Shown: positions 1-12,720 of the stretch, piece after piece | Numbering within the stretch: position 1 is the stretch's first letter | Layout of the letters: each line of letters starts with the position of its first letter | NCBI GenBank assembly: GCA_965285935.1 | Contig: OZ260662.1 | Span: 85,312,001 to 85,376,000, forward strand | From: Ophelia neglecta | Lineage: Eukaryota | Length of the DNA: 64,000 nt | Direction: 5' to 3' | Notes under the pieces: generated by a model | The model's input: only the letters and a program-made list of their open reading frames with translations | Database searches by the model: none | Told to the model about the DNA's origin: nothing | Made by a program: the position numbers and the translations under genes

Positions 1-60
1 TTTCTAGACCAGTTTGTAAACATAAGTCATGTTTTGCAGCTATAAGCGTTGACCTTAAAT

Positions 61-74
61 CCACCAGAGGGCAC
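61..74 (+). promoter_or_regulatory. CTCF-like binding motif
   Basis: CCACCAGAGGGCAC matches the CTCF core consensus CCASYAGRKGGCRS, about 3 kb upstream of the CNG start. Motif match only. Confidence 0.35.
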
Positions 75-953
75 TTTGGTTATCCGTGGTGGCAGCCAAA
101 AGCCATTGGTGAACTGAAGTAATCCAGTTTTCTTCATTGCCGATGATGCAATATACGAGGCTTTGAAATATAGCATGGTATATCTGGCCATTCCAACCTA
201 AGTTGCCTCTCCAGCCCCTCAATAAACTGAAGACTGAGCCTTTGGAGCTGGAATAATTACTACCCCCAACAAACTCTTATAGAACGGGATTATATATACA
301 TTGTATATGCGATTCGCTTGGGTCTTCGTATGGCCTCTCCGCCGTCTTTCAGATCTCCCCGGCTAAGTGAATGTAACTCAAAAACAAGTTGATTTGTTCA
401 TGCTATCTTAGCCCTGTTGTCCGATTATGTTTCCAAATTACTCTGGATGCACTCAATGATAAAATCCTCTTATTTTTATTAATTATCGCCCGGTCTGTGT
501 AAAGTCATATATACACCAGTCAAAGGATGTTGCCGTGAACCATCTAATTGCGCTTCTGCCAGACGGCTTGCCCAGAATTACTTTCGCCACTAATACGGGA
601 AAGACGGTCCCCAGACGCAGGCCGCATTCAGCATCCCTGCCTCGTTATCATTCGCCTCAGCTCCCGCCCTAATTCGTGTGCCCATAGTTGTCCTTTTCAA
701 TATTATCCTCATATTGTTTTAGCCTTTAACCCACAGTCGTATTCAGGCGAATGCAGCTTTTGACTGTTGCGGCCAAGGAGACACTGCTCTGGCGCGTCGA
801 GTGTCAGCCCCATTCAAACACGTCACCCCTCTAACCAAGCAATTCGCTCTTCTTTCATATTAGGTGTCTGTGTGCCTAACATTCAGCTCGTATTTTATGT
901 ATTTTTTACACCACTACATGGCCTAATAGAGTAGTTTTCCTTTCTGCCTGCAG

Positions 954-1289
954 GTCGGAGGCGTGCAGCAGTCTCCTAAAGTGTGCGTGAAGGACGCTGA
1001 AGAAGGCAACTAGGCGTATTGTGTAATCGCTGTCGACACTGAGAGTTTAACCAGCCGGTGGACTTTTGAGGTCGGAGTAGGCGACTTGTTGACCCTAACT
1101 CCCGTGTACATCTCCCGTGCAGGTGTTACTGGACAGCTCAGGAGATCGGCTGACGGCTTTGTGCCTAATACCTCTGTGGTTCGTGAACAGAGAGGAAAGG
1201 GGGTATTTGATATGTGAAAGCTGGAGATTAGCTATCGATGTGAGATCGGAAAGCGGTCGATATTCCCGAGACGGCTGTGACCACGGTCC
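954..1289 (+). other. Possible upstream non-coding (5' UTR) exon
   Basis: A strong acceptor gttttcctttctgcctgcag| ends at 953 and a donor-like CC|GTAAGC starts at 1290, bracketing a GC-richer block. No transcript evidence. Confidence 0.25.
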
Positions 1290-2679
1290 GTAAGCGGGCC
1301 CTCGCTGGCCTTGTCCCGGGTCTTACCGGGGCTTCTCTCACCACTCACTGATCGAGCTTGCCTGTGTTTTTTTTAATGTTTTAGACGCCGTACATTGAAT
1401 AGCCGCGGACGCACACATCGCCGCAGGCCTGCACGTGTCATTTGGGACGCTCAGGGGACACGTCTAAGCTACAAACCACGCATTTAAATGACGAGCGACA
1501 TACTAGTGTAGCAAAATAGACCTAGTATACATGTCAGTGAACTGTCGTCTGCCAGCACCGGCATTTAGTGTCAGGCTTAGTTACCAATTTACCAGCATAC
1601 ATCTGACTGATAATATAATTCACTATAATTGCAATGCTTAGAATTCAATTAAATGCATGAATGTGTAACATATGGGACATGACAACTAACAAAGGATGGA
1701 GGCTTAATCAATCGATATGTATTGAACCAGATGAAGTCCATACTATATTGCAGACGGGTACAGACTGACCAGCTGGATACATGTGTTACCGCAAGGACCA
1801 TAAAAACATTGCCTGTCAACTACACGTATTTTAACAGACCGTCTATCATCAACTGTCCTCGCCTTCGAAGGCGTTTGCTCTGAATAACCAGTGCTGGGTA
1901 GAGGCCTACAAGACGATAATCCCGGCCTCTATGGGCTCGAGACTTCAGTTCACTAAAAGGCATTGCGTGTAAGTGGAAAAACATTGTGAATCTGTTGACC
2001 TGCCTCCATCTCTATGTCTGTTGTTGGAACAAGCGGGATTGCACCAGCGGAATATATGTATACATGGTATTAATACTACTGACTCGTGTTTTCTGCCAGC
2101 TAACGGAGACAGATTTGTTGTATTTGCTCTTCCCTGCCATAAGTCATGAGCGCTTCCATCTCCCAAGGACATTAATATCCGCCACAGTTACTGGCAAAGT
2201 GTGCCGCCACAGATATTTCTGCCAGACTGGTATTCCATAACAATTGATACAATTAGTTGCCTCCCAATTCAGATGTTGACCATAGGATAATTCTTGCTAT
2301 TATTGTAGCGAGCGTCTCCACTTGAGGGGCTAGAACCTCATTAACTTAATGGGAAGTGAGTAGGAATAAAAAAATTATTATATATCCCTCTGACAGTTCG
2401 GTCACCGGAGTTTGTGCCTTAGACAATGTGTTGTATAGTGTTGAGGCAGTAACGCCAAGTCGCTAGTAGGGAATGTCATAAATTACTTCTTCAAGAACAC
2501 CTGTTGGAGTTGAAGATGTCACTTAGGTAGATTTGATATAAGCTGCGCCAGACTAGATTCCAAACAACTGACAACAAGTCACAGGATATTGGATTGAGTC
2601 TGTATCATTGAGTTACCACGCTATAAACAAAGGCTTTCATGTGCCTGGCTCGCGCCCCGTTTTAATTATTACACTGCTG

Positions 2680-3142
2680 GCCCTATATATGAATGGCCAA
2701 GCACTGCGCTCTTTCTTTCATTTGCTTGTGTATTGTCTAATCTTAAATCCTGGAGTCACCCTGGCGGCGACGGAGTTCTCTCCCCAACCTGCTTCTACCA
2801 TCTGCGCCTATCGCTAACCTCGGCAGGCCCGTAGTCGAGAGCTTCGGCTCCTCTAGTGGGGCTAGCGATCTGCCCTGGGAGAGTAACCCCCGCCTGCCCC
2901 GCCTGCCGCCCAGCAGAGGCCGCTATGTGCGCCCTGTAACGGTCTTCCTCACCCCTCGGCCCAGTCCTCACCCTCAGCGCTCGGGCGTTTTCGCCCGCCA
3001 CCCACCGCCAAGGCGCCCTCTTCAACTGCAGCCGCAGGACGGCGAGCCGCAGAGAAACACACTCCGTAGCCGGCTCGACTTCCTCTACTGGCTGATATAT
3101 GTACACACGTGTCTACGGCCTCGGAGGCGCAACCGGCGCGCC
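2680..3142 (+). promoter_or_regulatory. GC/CpG-rich leader or proximal promoter of the CNG gene
   Basis: TATA-like CTATATAT near 2682, an abrupt switch to GC-rich sequence at about 2750, tandem CCCCGCC GC boxes at about 2888-2903, and a CTCF-like CCAGCAGAGGCCGC at 2910-2923. Confidence 0.4.
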
Positions 3143-4499
3143 ATGACCAGTGTTCTGGGCCGGAGGCACCCCACCGACCAGGGCAAGTCCGTCAAATACA
3201 CACCGTGCGCCAAGGGAGAGCAGACCGACGAAGAGGAGTTAGAAGAGATCGCCGTGGTGAGCCAAGAAAACATCTGCAGCGTCAGCCGGGTGGACGGCAC
3301 TGTGGACGATGACGAGGGCAGCCGACAAGGCCCCAGCGTGGCGGCCAACGGGCCTCGTGTACTCCCCGGCACACCCTACTCAGATACTACCTCCGACCGC
3401 ACCAAACTTATAGGAGAACGACTCAGCTGCAGTGGACGAATTTCTCTCTCTTCGCCCGTCTACTCCAGCAAGGTGGCGGAACACAGGAAGTCCAGCTCTA
3501 ACAAGAGCCTATTCGAAATGGTGTCCCATAAAATTGACTCCGTGAAACAACGAACTCGCAGTCGAAATTTCAGCATTAGTCAGGAGATGGGATATATCAA
3601 CAAAGCTCACGTGGGTGACCCAGTCACTCCAAAAGGAATACGGAAACAGCGCCGAAAAGAACTGGATGAGAAATTCGGCAAGAAAGCATGTCGTGGGGAT
3701 AGGTTTGAGACGTCCACTACCAGCAGTGAAAAGGACGGCTGCCGGTGGACCTTTGTGTTCGACCCCGCCGGTAGGTTTGCCTACTGGTGGTCATTTGTAA
3801 TCAGTATCGCCTTCATCTATAACTTCTGGGTGTTGATATACCGGTTTGCCTTCGAGGAGATCGATGAGAACAACATGGCGGTCTGGTTTACATTGGATTA
3901 CCTGGCAGATTTTTTGTACGTACTGGACATCGCCTTCCACTTCCGGACGGGATTTCTGGAGGACGGAGTTCTCCAAACGGACGGTACGCGACTTCGAATT
4001 CACTACATGAACTCCACCATGTTTTACATCGACTGCTTGTGTCTGTTGCCTCTAGACTTCCTCTATCTCTCCATAGGCTTTAAGTCGATGCTACGATGTT
4101 TTAGACTAGTGAAAATTTATCGGTTTTGGGCGTTTCTTGACCGGACGGAACGACACACAAACTATCCGAACGTGGTGCGGACGGTCACACTGCTGCACTA
4201 CCTCTTCGCTATCTACCACTGGAACGCCTGTCTGATGTTCTTAGTGACTCGCCACCTGGACAACGAGCGGTGGCTATACCCGTCGGACAAGTGGGGAGTG
4301 TCGACCATCTATCTCCACTCCCTCTACTGGAGCACTCTGACACTAACCACCATCGGCGACCTGCCCAGGCCCAAGATGAGAGGGGAATACATCTTTGTAA
4401 TCATGCAATTCGTCTTCGGCCTGTTGCTGTTCGCCACCATTCTCGGTCACGTGGCTAATATCGTGACGGGGATCAGTGCCGCCCGTCGAGATTTCCAGG
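3143..4499 (+). CDS. CNG channel alpha-like subunit (invertebrate CG42260-like clade), coding exon A: N-terminus, S1-S6 and pore
   Basis: The ORF translation shows CNG hallmarks in order: FVFDPAGRFAYWW (pre-S1), LDYLADFLYVLDIAFHFRTGFLEDG, LLPLDFLY, RCFRLVKIYRFWAFLDRTERHTNYPN (S4), YLHSLYWSTLTLTTIGDLPRP (pore), FATILGHVANIVTGISAARRDFQ (S6). The ATG at 3143 has a good Kozak context (gcgccATG). The exon ends at the consensus donor CAGG|GTAAGT (4499/4500, phase 1). The true start could lie further upstream. Confidence 0.95.
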
Positions 4500-7400
4500 G
4501 TAAGTGCATGTATTGATCCATTAAGAATACTCTTTCCTATAATACTTATTGCATTTGATATCAGGGAGGTGATTAATGCCAAAAGGCCGATCCCTTGTAG
4601 ACATACAGCATATTGGCTCGTAAATCTTCATTACTTATGCCACATTTCTCATCACACTTTATCATGAACTGTAGTCGCTTGCGCGGGAAAGGGCGCAATA
4701 TGTTCACCAACAATTATTACTGCTGAGGCACACGGTCATCATAAAATGCGGATGGCGGCTCGAGCAAGGACGCAGCCACTAGATTAAGCCTTAAATCAGA
4801 ACAAGTATTCGATGCATTGTATATTTAGAGCCTAATGTGCCGACACCTGCTAAATATTCCGAGCAATATATCTGAAGGTCTTCATATGCCCTTTGCAGTG
4901 TTATTGACATTTCTTTGATAATGAAAGATCTATTTTTTTTGGTTTACTATAATATGATATCCTTGATCCATACGAATTACGGTCCATATTGAAGCTCGGA
5001 ACCACTGTACAATGAATGGAATGTCATTGCGTTTAACAGCCAAGGGCCTTGAAGTTTTAATATCCCATGTTAGCAGTGCGAGGGCCAATGGTTGTCCGGT
5101 TTGTATCGACTTGGGGCCCCTGGGGCAGGAATGCCATTTACCAGAATGGCGCCAGCGCTGGCCGCAGGTAGTCCCATTAAGTTTGCATCAGAGCTACAAT
5201 TCTGGGCCAAGTTAGAGATCGAGTCTCGTGATACTTGCCACAGGAAAAACTGTTTCCCAGGGGAACGGTTTTCCCGAGGCGACTTCAGCGACTGCAGCGC
5301 TTGGCAGCTCCCCATTCCCGTACTAAGTTGATCCAAGGCGGATCCAACCGAAATCGTTTTTAAATACCCAATTACTTAATAACCGGAACAATCATCCTAT
5401 ATTATTACTATAGATGTCGATTTTGTGTCTCGAAATATGGGGCCTCCAGACTTACATAGCTGTCTGTCTGGTGTAACCCTCGACGATTACGTTGTTTTGC
5501 CTGCGATTTCTTGTGTCTGTAATATTTTACCTGCTACATGCAATGTTTGGATCGTACATTATTTTCCCTAGTCTCATACTTGAAGTAAATAGCTGGTGTT
5601 TATAATAGAAATTCTAGTAGGCCCACAACGACCTTGACCCATTGCGTGGTTAAAGGTCAGGGCTGGAGTTATTGAAACAGGGTTAATGTTAGGCAGGTGG
5701 CTGTTAGGGTAGGGTTCATTGATTTTAAACCATTGTAAGGGAACGCTCTAAGCCAAGGTCATAAGTTTGATACAGTTTGTCATGGGCCGAAATCGCCTGT
5801 TGTCGAAATGACGTCGACTGTCGTCGATCATAGGAAGTGCGACCTATGACCTGAATGACGAAACGTCACTGTACACTGGGCGCTTGGCCAGCTTTACATT
5901 CAGTTTGCCAAACTTCAAGTCCCCTGTAATAAAAGAAATAGTGTCATTGACCAAAAGAGGCTATCACGGGAAAACTGTACACAATGCAATGTACTTGTCT
6001 ATGCACAAATTACACAAAAATGCGTCTTCGCCAGGATTTGAACCGGCAACCAAGAACAAAGGTTGACTGGCCGTGGCGGTGTCTTCTACTCGTACCTACC
6101 TGTTAGGCCAGTAAGTCTAGATTAATACATATATATGCAGAGCTAATTGATGGTTGAAAGGCTCCTGGTTCTTAACTAATTTAATATCCTGCTTCTTTGG
6201 CAATAAAACAGGGGAGTCTGAAAATGTGATGAATCTCACCATACGTTTATTGCGCATTCCCGGTGACATTCCATTTGTTTACTCTTTCGTGTGTCTGTGT
6301 AGCAGGGAATGTTTACGTTATTGGCCCATACCATAAAACCCTTAGGTCGTAGAATGTAGTATAATTTTATGTGTATATATGTGTGTTTGTGTGTATATGT
6401 GTGCAGAGAGAGAGAGACATAGAGGGAGGGGTAGTGTAAGTTCATGGGGGTTGCTAGTTTTATTTTTAATAATTGAAATATTACATTTATGTGTTTATTA
6501 TTTACCCTTTACCAATTTAAAATGCAAATTAATTTATAGGCACGCAGGAAATTTGCGCAAGACTTGAGCAGGATCCGGAATATACTAAGAAGCAGCAAAT
6601 ATGGTTTCTTTTAATTTATTAACACTAGAAGCTCCATTATGCTACATTTTTTATAAATTAGAACGCTTAAAAGGGGCAAAGGCGGCCCCGCCGGGAATCG
6701 CGTCCCTTAAACCTCCGTCGACCGAGCCCAGGTCAAAAGCGGCCTCCCCGAAATCCCGTTCCGGAAACCTACCGTCGGCCGTGTTCTTTGTTGCAAGTTG
6801 TCTATTCGTTGCCATTTGCAACTTAAGCTATGGATAGCCCTTTCAAGAGTCGTGTATACCGATCGCTAGCTTCATCCAGGCATCATTTCTTACCACCCAC
6901 GCTCAAATTAAAACCAAACCAGGCATTCTGGGGCTACCGTTCCCTTAATTGCATTAATAGCAATGTACAATTATAGAGGCCCATCGTTTATAGTTTAATG
7001 TCTGTGTAAATACTTGAATTATTGAATGTATATATGTCTGGCTTTTAGGAGAATGTTCTATGAGAAGTACGTAGAATGGCTCGGGGGGGGGGGGGGGGGG
7101 GGCTTGTTCCCAGCCAATCTAACTATGTACCGTCGTCATGTCTGACGGCGTTCCAGCTAAAACAGGCACAATAGAGAGGCAGATTCAATAAGCCCCAATA
7201 AAGGGCAAAAGTTACCAGTTCTTTGTCGAAGGAGCGCAATAGACTGCGCCCTTTCACCCTGGCAGGGGGGACGCCTCAGGCTTTGTTCGCATGTCCTCTC
7301 GAGACGGATTGCATGTTTTATTATCCACCACCTGCTTGCCGCCTGACCTTGATAGCTCCAAGAAATATTCATTTGTAACAGAGCAACAGAAGCTGAGAAT

Positions 7401-7747
7401 TGTTTCATGCTCCCATGTGCCCTTGGTATCGAGACTTCACTCTGAGCACACTCTCCGCTAAACTTAACTGGAGAGTCTTAAGTTCGCAAACGATCTCTGC
7501 GCTATTAGATATCAATCTAAAGGCAACGAAAGCGGCGACCTTGAGTGGAACTCATTGACTAAATCAATCAATTTATGATTTCAAGGCTGTTACGTACACT
7601 ATTAAACTTTGTACGGTTTATCTGGCCATCTTTTGTTGATGATTTGCATTTAAGGCTATGCCAGTCGATATTCAGAATTAGGCCTATTATATGGCAAACA
7701 ATGAATTTACACACATGAAACTCATCGGAAACATTACTGAATACTCT

Positions 7748-7768
7748 TATATATATATATATATATAT
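7748..7768. repeat. (TA)n microsatellite
   Basis: Read directly. Similar simple repeats lie at about 6375-6420 (TG/AG), 24785-24816 (GT), 55363-55382 (CA) and 56305-56332 (TA). Confidence 0.9.
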
Positions 7769-10700
7769 AAGTCACAGCTGGCAAGGTTCAACTTATATAT
7801 TGAGTTGGTATACCGGTATATAACTGTACGAATTAATAACTTGTATGGTTAGTTTATGTATGACTTATGTTGATTTCCTATATAGCTATAGTTAATTTCA
7901 TTTCACCGAGTTATATGGTAAGTAGGCTATGGGAATGGCATTGTATTCATACTAAACATATTACCATACGGTATCCATTTATTGTAGTCAATAAAGCCAG
8001 GCTATTAAGCCACAAACAAGATCGGCGTGTACCTGGATTGTTCGGTGTACCTTCACATCAGACCAATCATACGATCAGCCTATGACCTACATCGGCAGTG
8101 ACGTCAAACATGACACACTCATCACATTAATGATGCCAGGCTAGGCCTTTTGTAACTGTATTGGATGATGATCTAGGAAGATTCTATTAAAAGATTGGTA
8201 TTATCGACTGCATGTAAGATTTGAATTAAAAATCCCTTCGTATCCGTTGTACACACATCAGGTGTTGAAAACTACCCTCACTAGCCATCGGAATCACCGA
8301 CACTTATTTTATCTGCGATAGGCCTAATCATAATTCTGTTGCGAACATTTTAAAGTTAAATGTTATTTAGCTGCTAAAGTTTTGTAAACTAAATTAGGAA
8401 TTTTTTTCAATTATGACTGATGTTTTTAAATTAAGCAATAATTCTGGCCCTAAGAGCTATACAATTGCCATTAATTATTATCCTTATGACTATTATAATT
8501 ATTATTCTTTACATGGTGAAGTTCGTCCTTCGCCGTTGGCCGTAACTTTACAAGCGGAGCCCTGGTTAGCCGATGCCTGTATACTACTCTCTCGCCTCTC
8601 ATGACTTGTATATACTGGTTGATAGCCCTTGCGGTTGTTGCCATTTTTCCGGTATCGACCATGAGCGGCACATTTGTGCGGGAAGCTGGACGGATCTGGT
8701 CCCTTTCCGGCAGTCAGATGGCCATTAGAGAGACCCCTGGGTATAGGATGCCTTGCAAACATCCCACCGTCATTTGACTGGCCCCTTTTAGTGCACCAGG
8801 TCATTGGTGATTGGAAATTAGTCACAAGCGTGCTGAAAGCTACAGCAGCGAGCTGTGCTTGCTGAGAAGATGGAGCCATCTTTGGACCGCCCTAAATAGG
8901 CAACTGAGACAGGGTTTTGTATTTAACCCAAATATTCACTCTAAATTTTGTTTGATTGGCGATAGTTCACGATGATAGTTATAAAGCTGGTCCCTCGCGC
9001 TTGGCTCTACGGCACTACAGCCACGGGGCCCGCCGGGGCACGGCGTAGGCCTACCGGCATATATTGCAATCATATTTTTAACAATATCTGTCATGTTATT
9101 AGTATTATGGTGACAGGTTTACGGCAGATTCTGGTCATATAAAGTGTCATGGCTGGAATCACCCTTTAACTGCAAACCAGCAGAATCCATGCAGGCAGGA
9201 TCTTATGATTGTTCCAGCTCACCAGCATTGGCCTCCCGAATTGACCTGCATAGCGGTTTTAGGGGTCGCGTTCTGGTGTCATGAAAAGGTGAACTTTTAA
9301 AACTGATGTTATATGATTGAATGACAACTATCAAGTAACCCATTTAACAGAGCTTTAAAGACAACTGTCGTTAAACTGCAAATATTTTTCACTCTGACAC
9401 TACTTAGAGAACTGGAAGGAATCCCAAGTGTGTTAATGCAAGGGGATTGTTAGTCCGAAGTAAGTCAATAGGGAAATATTTGGAGATATTGCCTTATTAT
9501 GCCTGGTCGTATCGACTTTGGCAAACAAAAGATGTGCGTATAGGTAATCAATATTATTAAGTGAAAAGGATTCAACCTAAGCTGGGACTCTGCGTGACAA
9601 TCTGGTGATTAAAACACATTAACGCAACGCTTGGAACTACAACTTACTAACTTACCGACTTAGTACAACCTACAAACTTACCAACTTACTAACTTACAAA
9701 ACAGACGACCAAGCCTCTTATAGGGGCTATATGACTGTACTAGAGCATTTAAAGAATATTTGGCAACCTCACACAGATATTTCTTATCGAAGCAGGGACA
9801 TATTCTTATAACTATTGTTAGACACCTCGCACAGCCTTTTGTTTAGTGGCGATCAGCTGAATAAAAAAGATTCAAAATTGCCCGATTTGACATTCTAAAA
9901 GGTCACGTGTTATCACGTAGAAGAAAATGTACTACACAGTTCGGACTGATTTTCATCTTATCCAATGGCTAGCACTTTTATTTAATAACAACAGGTGTGT
10001 CGTGGCTATTTGCAGTGGAGCCAATCAGAACGACCGTTTAAGCTGTAGTCTGAAAAGAGCCAACATCTAACATGATTGTGGGCAGTTCTTGTACAGCAAT
10101 GCACAACCCAGTCCCATTTGCCCGTATTGTACCGTATAAAATAGCGATGAGCTTCTATTGGAATCATTCACCTAAATTTTAATTGAAATTAGCGCTGTTT
10201 TCCACGTTATCAAATAAGCTGTCGCGATAAGCATTAATAGAGAACTTTTGGATGTTTTGGATATATAATGGATATTTTGTAATAGCCAAACAGTCTCGCA
10301 TCGGCTTAATTGGGACGAAAGCAATTTTGTTAGTCTTTATAGTGGAGATTTAGGACATGCAAGCGCAGATCTTGTCACGCAGATACAGGATAAAGGCGCA
10401 AAGAATACAAAACCACATTTAGGGCCACAAGTCTCCTGTCAGACAGAAAGTAGATACACGGCAGACGGAAGAACATCGTTGAATAGGCCTACACTTTTCT
10501 TGTCCAATTAAAACCTTCATTCCCTTTTTTATAGTTGTACCAGAAAAATTATATTTGAAATTGAATAGACATTATTCCCCTATCCGCTTCCAAACGAAAA
10601 CCCCTCAATATTATCTTCACGTCCACTCGTTCCTAGTTCCTGTAGTTACCTTTGTTATGGAGAGTTTAGAGCTTACACGGGTTATACATGAAGCCAGCTT

Positions 10701-12594
10701 TTCCAGCTCCGACAGACCAGCTTTGTCTAGTATTTACAGGTCGTTACAATTTATTGTTATAAACTAGTGTGCCAGTATCAGGTTTATCTGATATATCACC
10801 GAAGCCAAGCGTGTGTGTTTGAGGAACCTTACAGGCAATACGGATCAGAGCTATCAGGGTGTTTATTCTAAGAACTGGGATGGCCTGAACTCGGTACATA
10901 GACTTAGACGTTAATATGTGAAACTTGCAATAGAATTGGCATCTATATGATTAGGTATGTGTTGGAAGGAGAGGAGAAGTAATACGTATTCTGAAGTTCC
11001 TACTGGATGATATCCCATGAGGCCGCAGTTTTAGCCTGTTATTTTCATCTTTCTATTGGTTGAAATATCATGACATTGTGCTACAGTGCTGGAGGTGATG
11101 CATAATTTCTTCTGAGGTTTGTATTGGATGAAAATCTATGAATTAGTAAGGAACTAATGATAACACCGCTATAGCACCGCTACAGAAAAGCTTCATTTAG
11201 CGGTCCTATCTAAAATGTAGGTGTATTGACTTTCTTCATTTCCTGCCAATAACTAGATTTTGCCCTCCAAATGGAAAAAAGAAGCATATACATTGTGAAA
11301 GTCGCGGATTCCCCATTTGAATTTGCCCCGAAGGTCATTTGGGTGCAGATACAAACCCGGGGACGTTGTAGTTGAACGTTGGGCGATGCCCTCAATTGTC
11401 AATTATTCCTTGGCTTTCAATAAACTTGTACAATCTTACTCGTATAGTGAGTCATTGAACTGGTAAACAATGAAACGGCAATCCCCAAATGGTAATATCC
11501 CATTTGTGTGCAATCAGGGACTTATTTATTTTGCAGTAGGCTCAGCTATAATGATGGTAACTGCGATTAGTATGAGATACGATATTTATATCTTTGGATG
11601 CCCGATCATGTAGAAAATGATGACAGATTTTATTGGTCGACCTAATTATGTTGGCTCTTATGCCTACTTTGTATTCATGCCCAGACAACTCACGCCCACG
11701 TTTGTTTAGTTAGCTATTATCTGGAGCCGGAAGTCCGCGGACGTTTGTTATCGGCCAAGGATGGGGTATTAAACCGCAGGCTCCTCTGTCCGGTCATTTG
11801 AATCATTCAGACACAGCCCATTTAGATCCTTAAGTCCGTATATGCGGTTGAAAATCATTTTTTGATATTTTTTTGAACAAAGACAAAATAATGATACCTA
11901 TATCAATAAGTTTATAAATAGTCTTTTACCAGTCCTCTTCCAACCAGGATTAATATCTGGCCATGACAATATTTTTTTGGTCCGATTAGATTATGTTGAA
12001 CAAAGTATGTTTTGTGGTCTGGTTGAACACATTGAGTATGTGTTGACGCCATTCTCCAACATGCCGCCACTCCCAATTAATGATGACAGATTAATCCATG
12101 CTTGTGTCGCTCTAGGTCACCCTAAGGTGTATTATATGGATTTCTAGCGCGTCGAATTCGATTGGCTTCTGTTCAAATATTTCCGCACCCCTTCAATAAT
12201 AACAAGGAGTCTGTAATGTTTGAATAGGCCTGCTAGCACCTGCCCATACAGGTTATGATTAATTTATTGGCTCTATATCCCGGCTTCGACTTTTCTTATT
12301 GTGCTACTTGGTGTTGTGAAACTAAACATTGATTTAGTGTAGGGTTACACTATAGTGGTTATACGGCCCGGAAGATCACATGCACTGCATTGTTGTCATA
12401 TTGACGTAGGACATATTTACACTTTATCACACCTGGAAACTAACAACTTGGGTTAACTTGAGTGGGTGGTTACTTTCCGATAGCGCAGCGTTCAGGGGCT
12501 TTAATTTAATAAAGATTGATATCTGAACGACTGACATCCGCGAGCTAGCAGTCCGTGATCAGATATCGAATGTGATGTCGTCTGCGGACACCTC

Positions 12595-12720
12595 TCACGT
12601 GACTTTCTGGCGGTAGGTAGTTAGGGGGCGATGCTCGAGACACGATTGGTCTGTATACAGCACTGGTTGCCATGAAACGCGGCAAAATTGGCAACTAGCA
12701 ACGTCTGCAAAATTGATTGG
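12595..12720. promoter_or_regulatory. Intronic motif cluster: E-box, CCAAT boxes and RFX X-box
   Basis: TCACGTGAC at 12595-12603, GATTGG at 12644 and 12715, GTTGCCATGAAAC at 12666-12678, and GGCAAC/TAGCAAC half-sites at 12690-12702. Confidence 0.35.

Noticed and set aside
3072-3095. LDFLY peptide upstream of the ATG echoing the S3 motif PLDFLY
   Set aside because: The match is about 14 nt with no flanking similarity, which is compatible with chance.
2927-4516. ORF-track boundaries for the CNG ORF (GTG start at 2927, stop at 4516) and the 63059 start for the second ORF
   Set aside because: The track uses bacterial-style starts and ignores splicing. GKCMY* is read-through into the intron, and the residues before AKLD in the second ORF are intronic.
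6025-6060. B-box-like GGATTTGAACC suggesting a tRNA gene
   Set aside because: No cloverleaf or A box at the proper spacing; at most a SINE relic.
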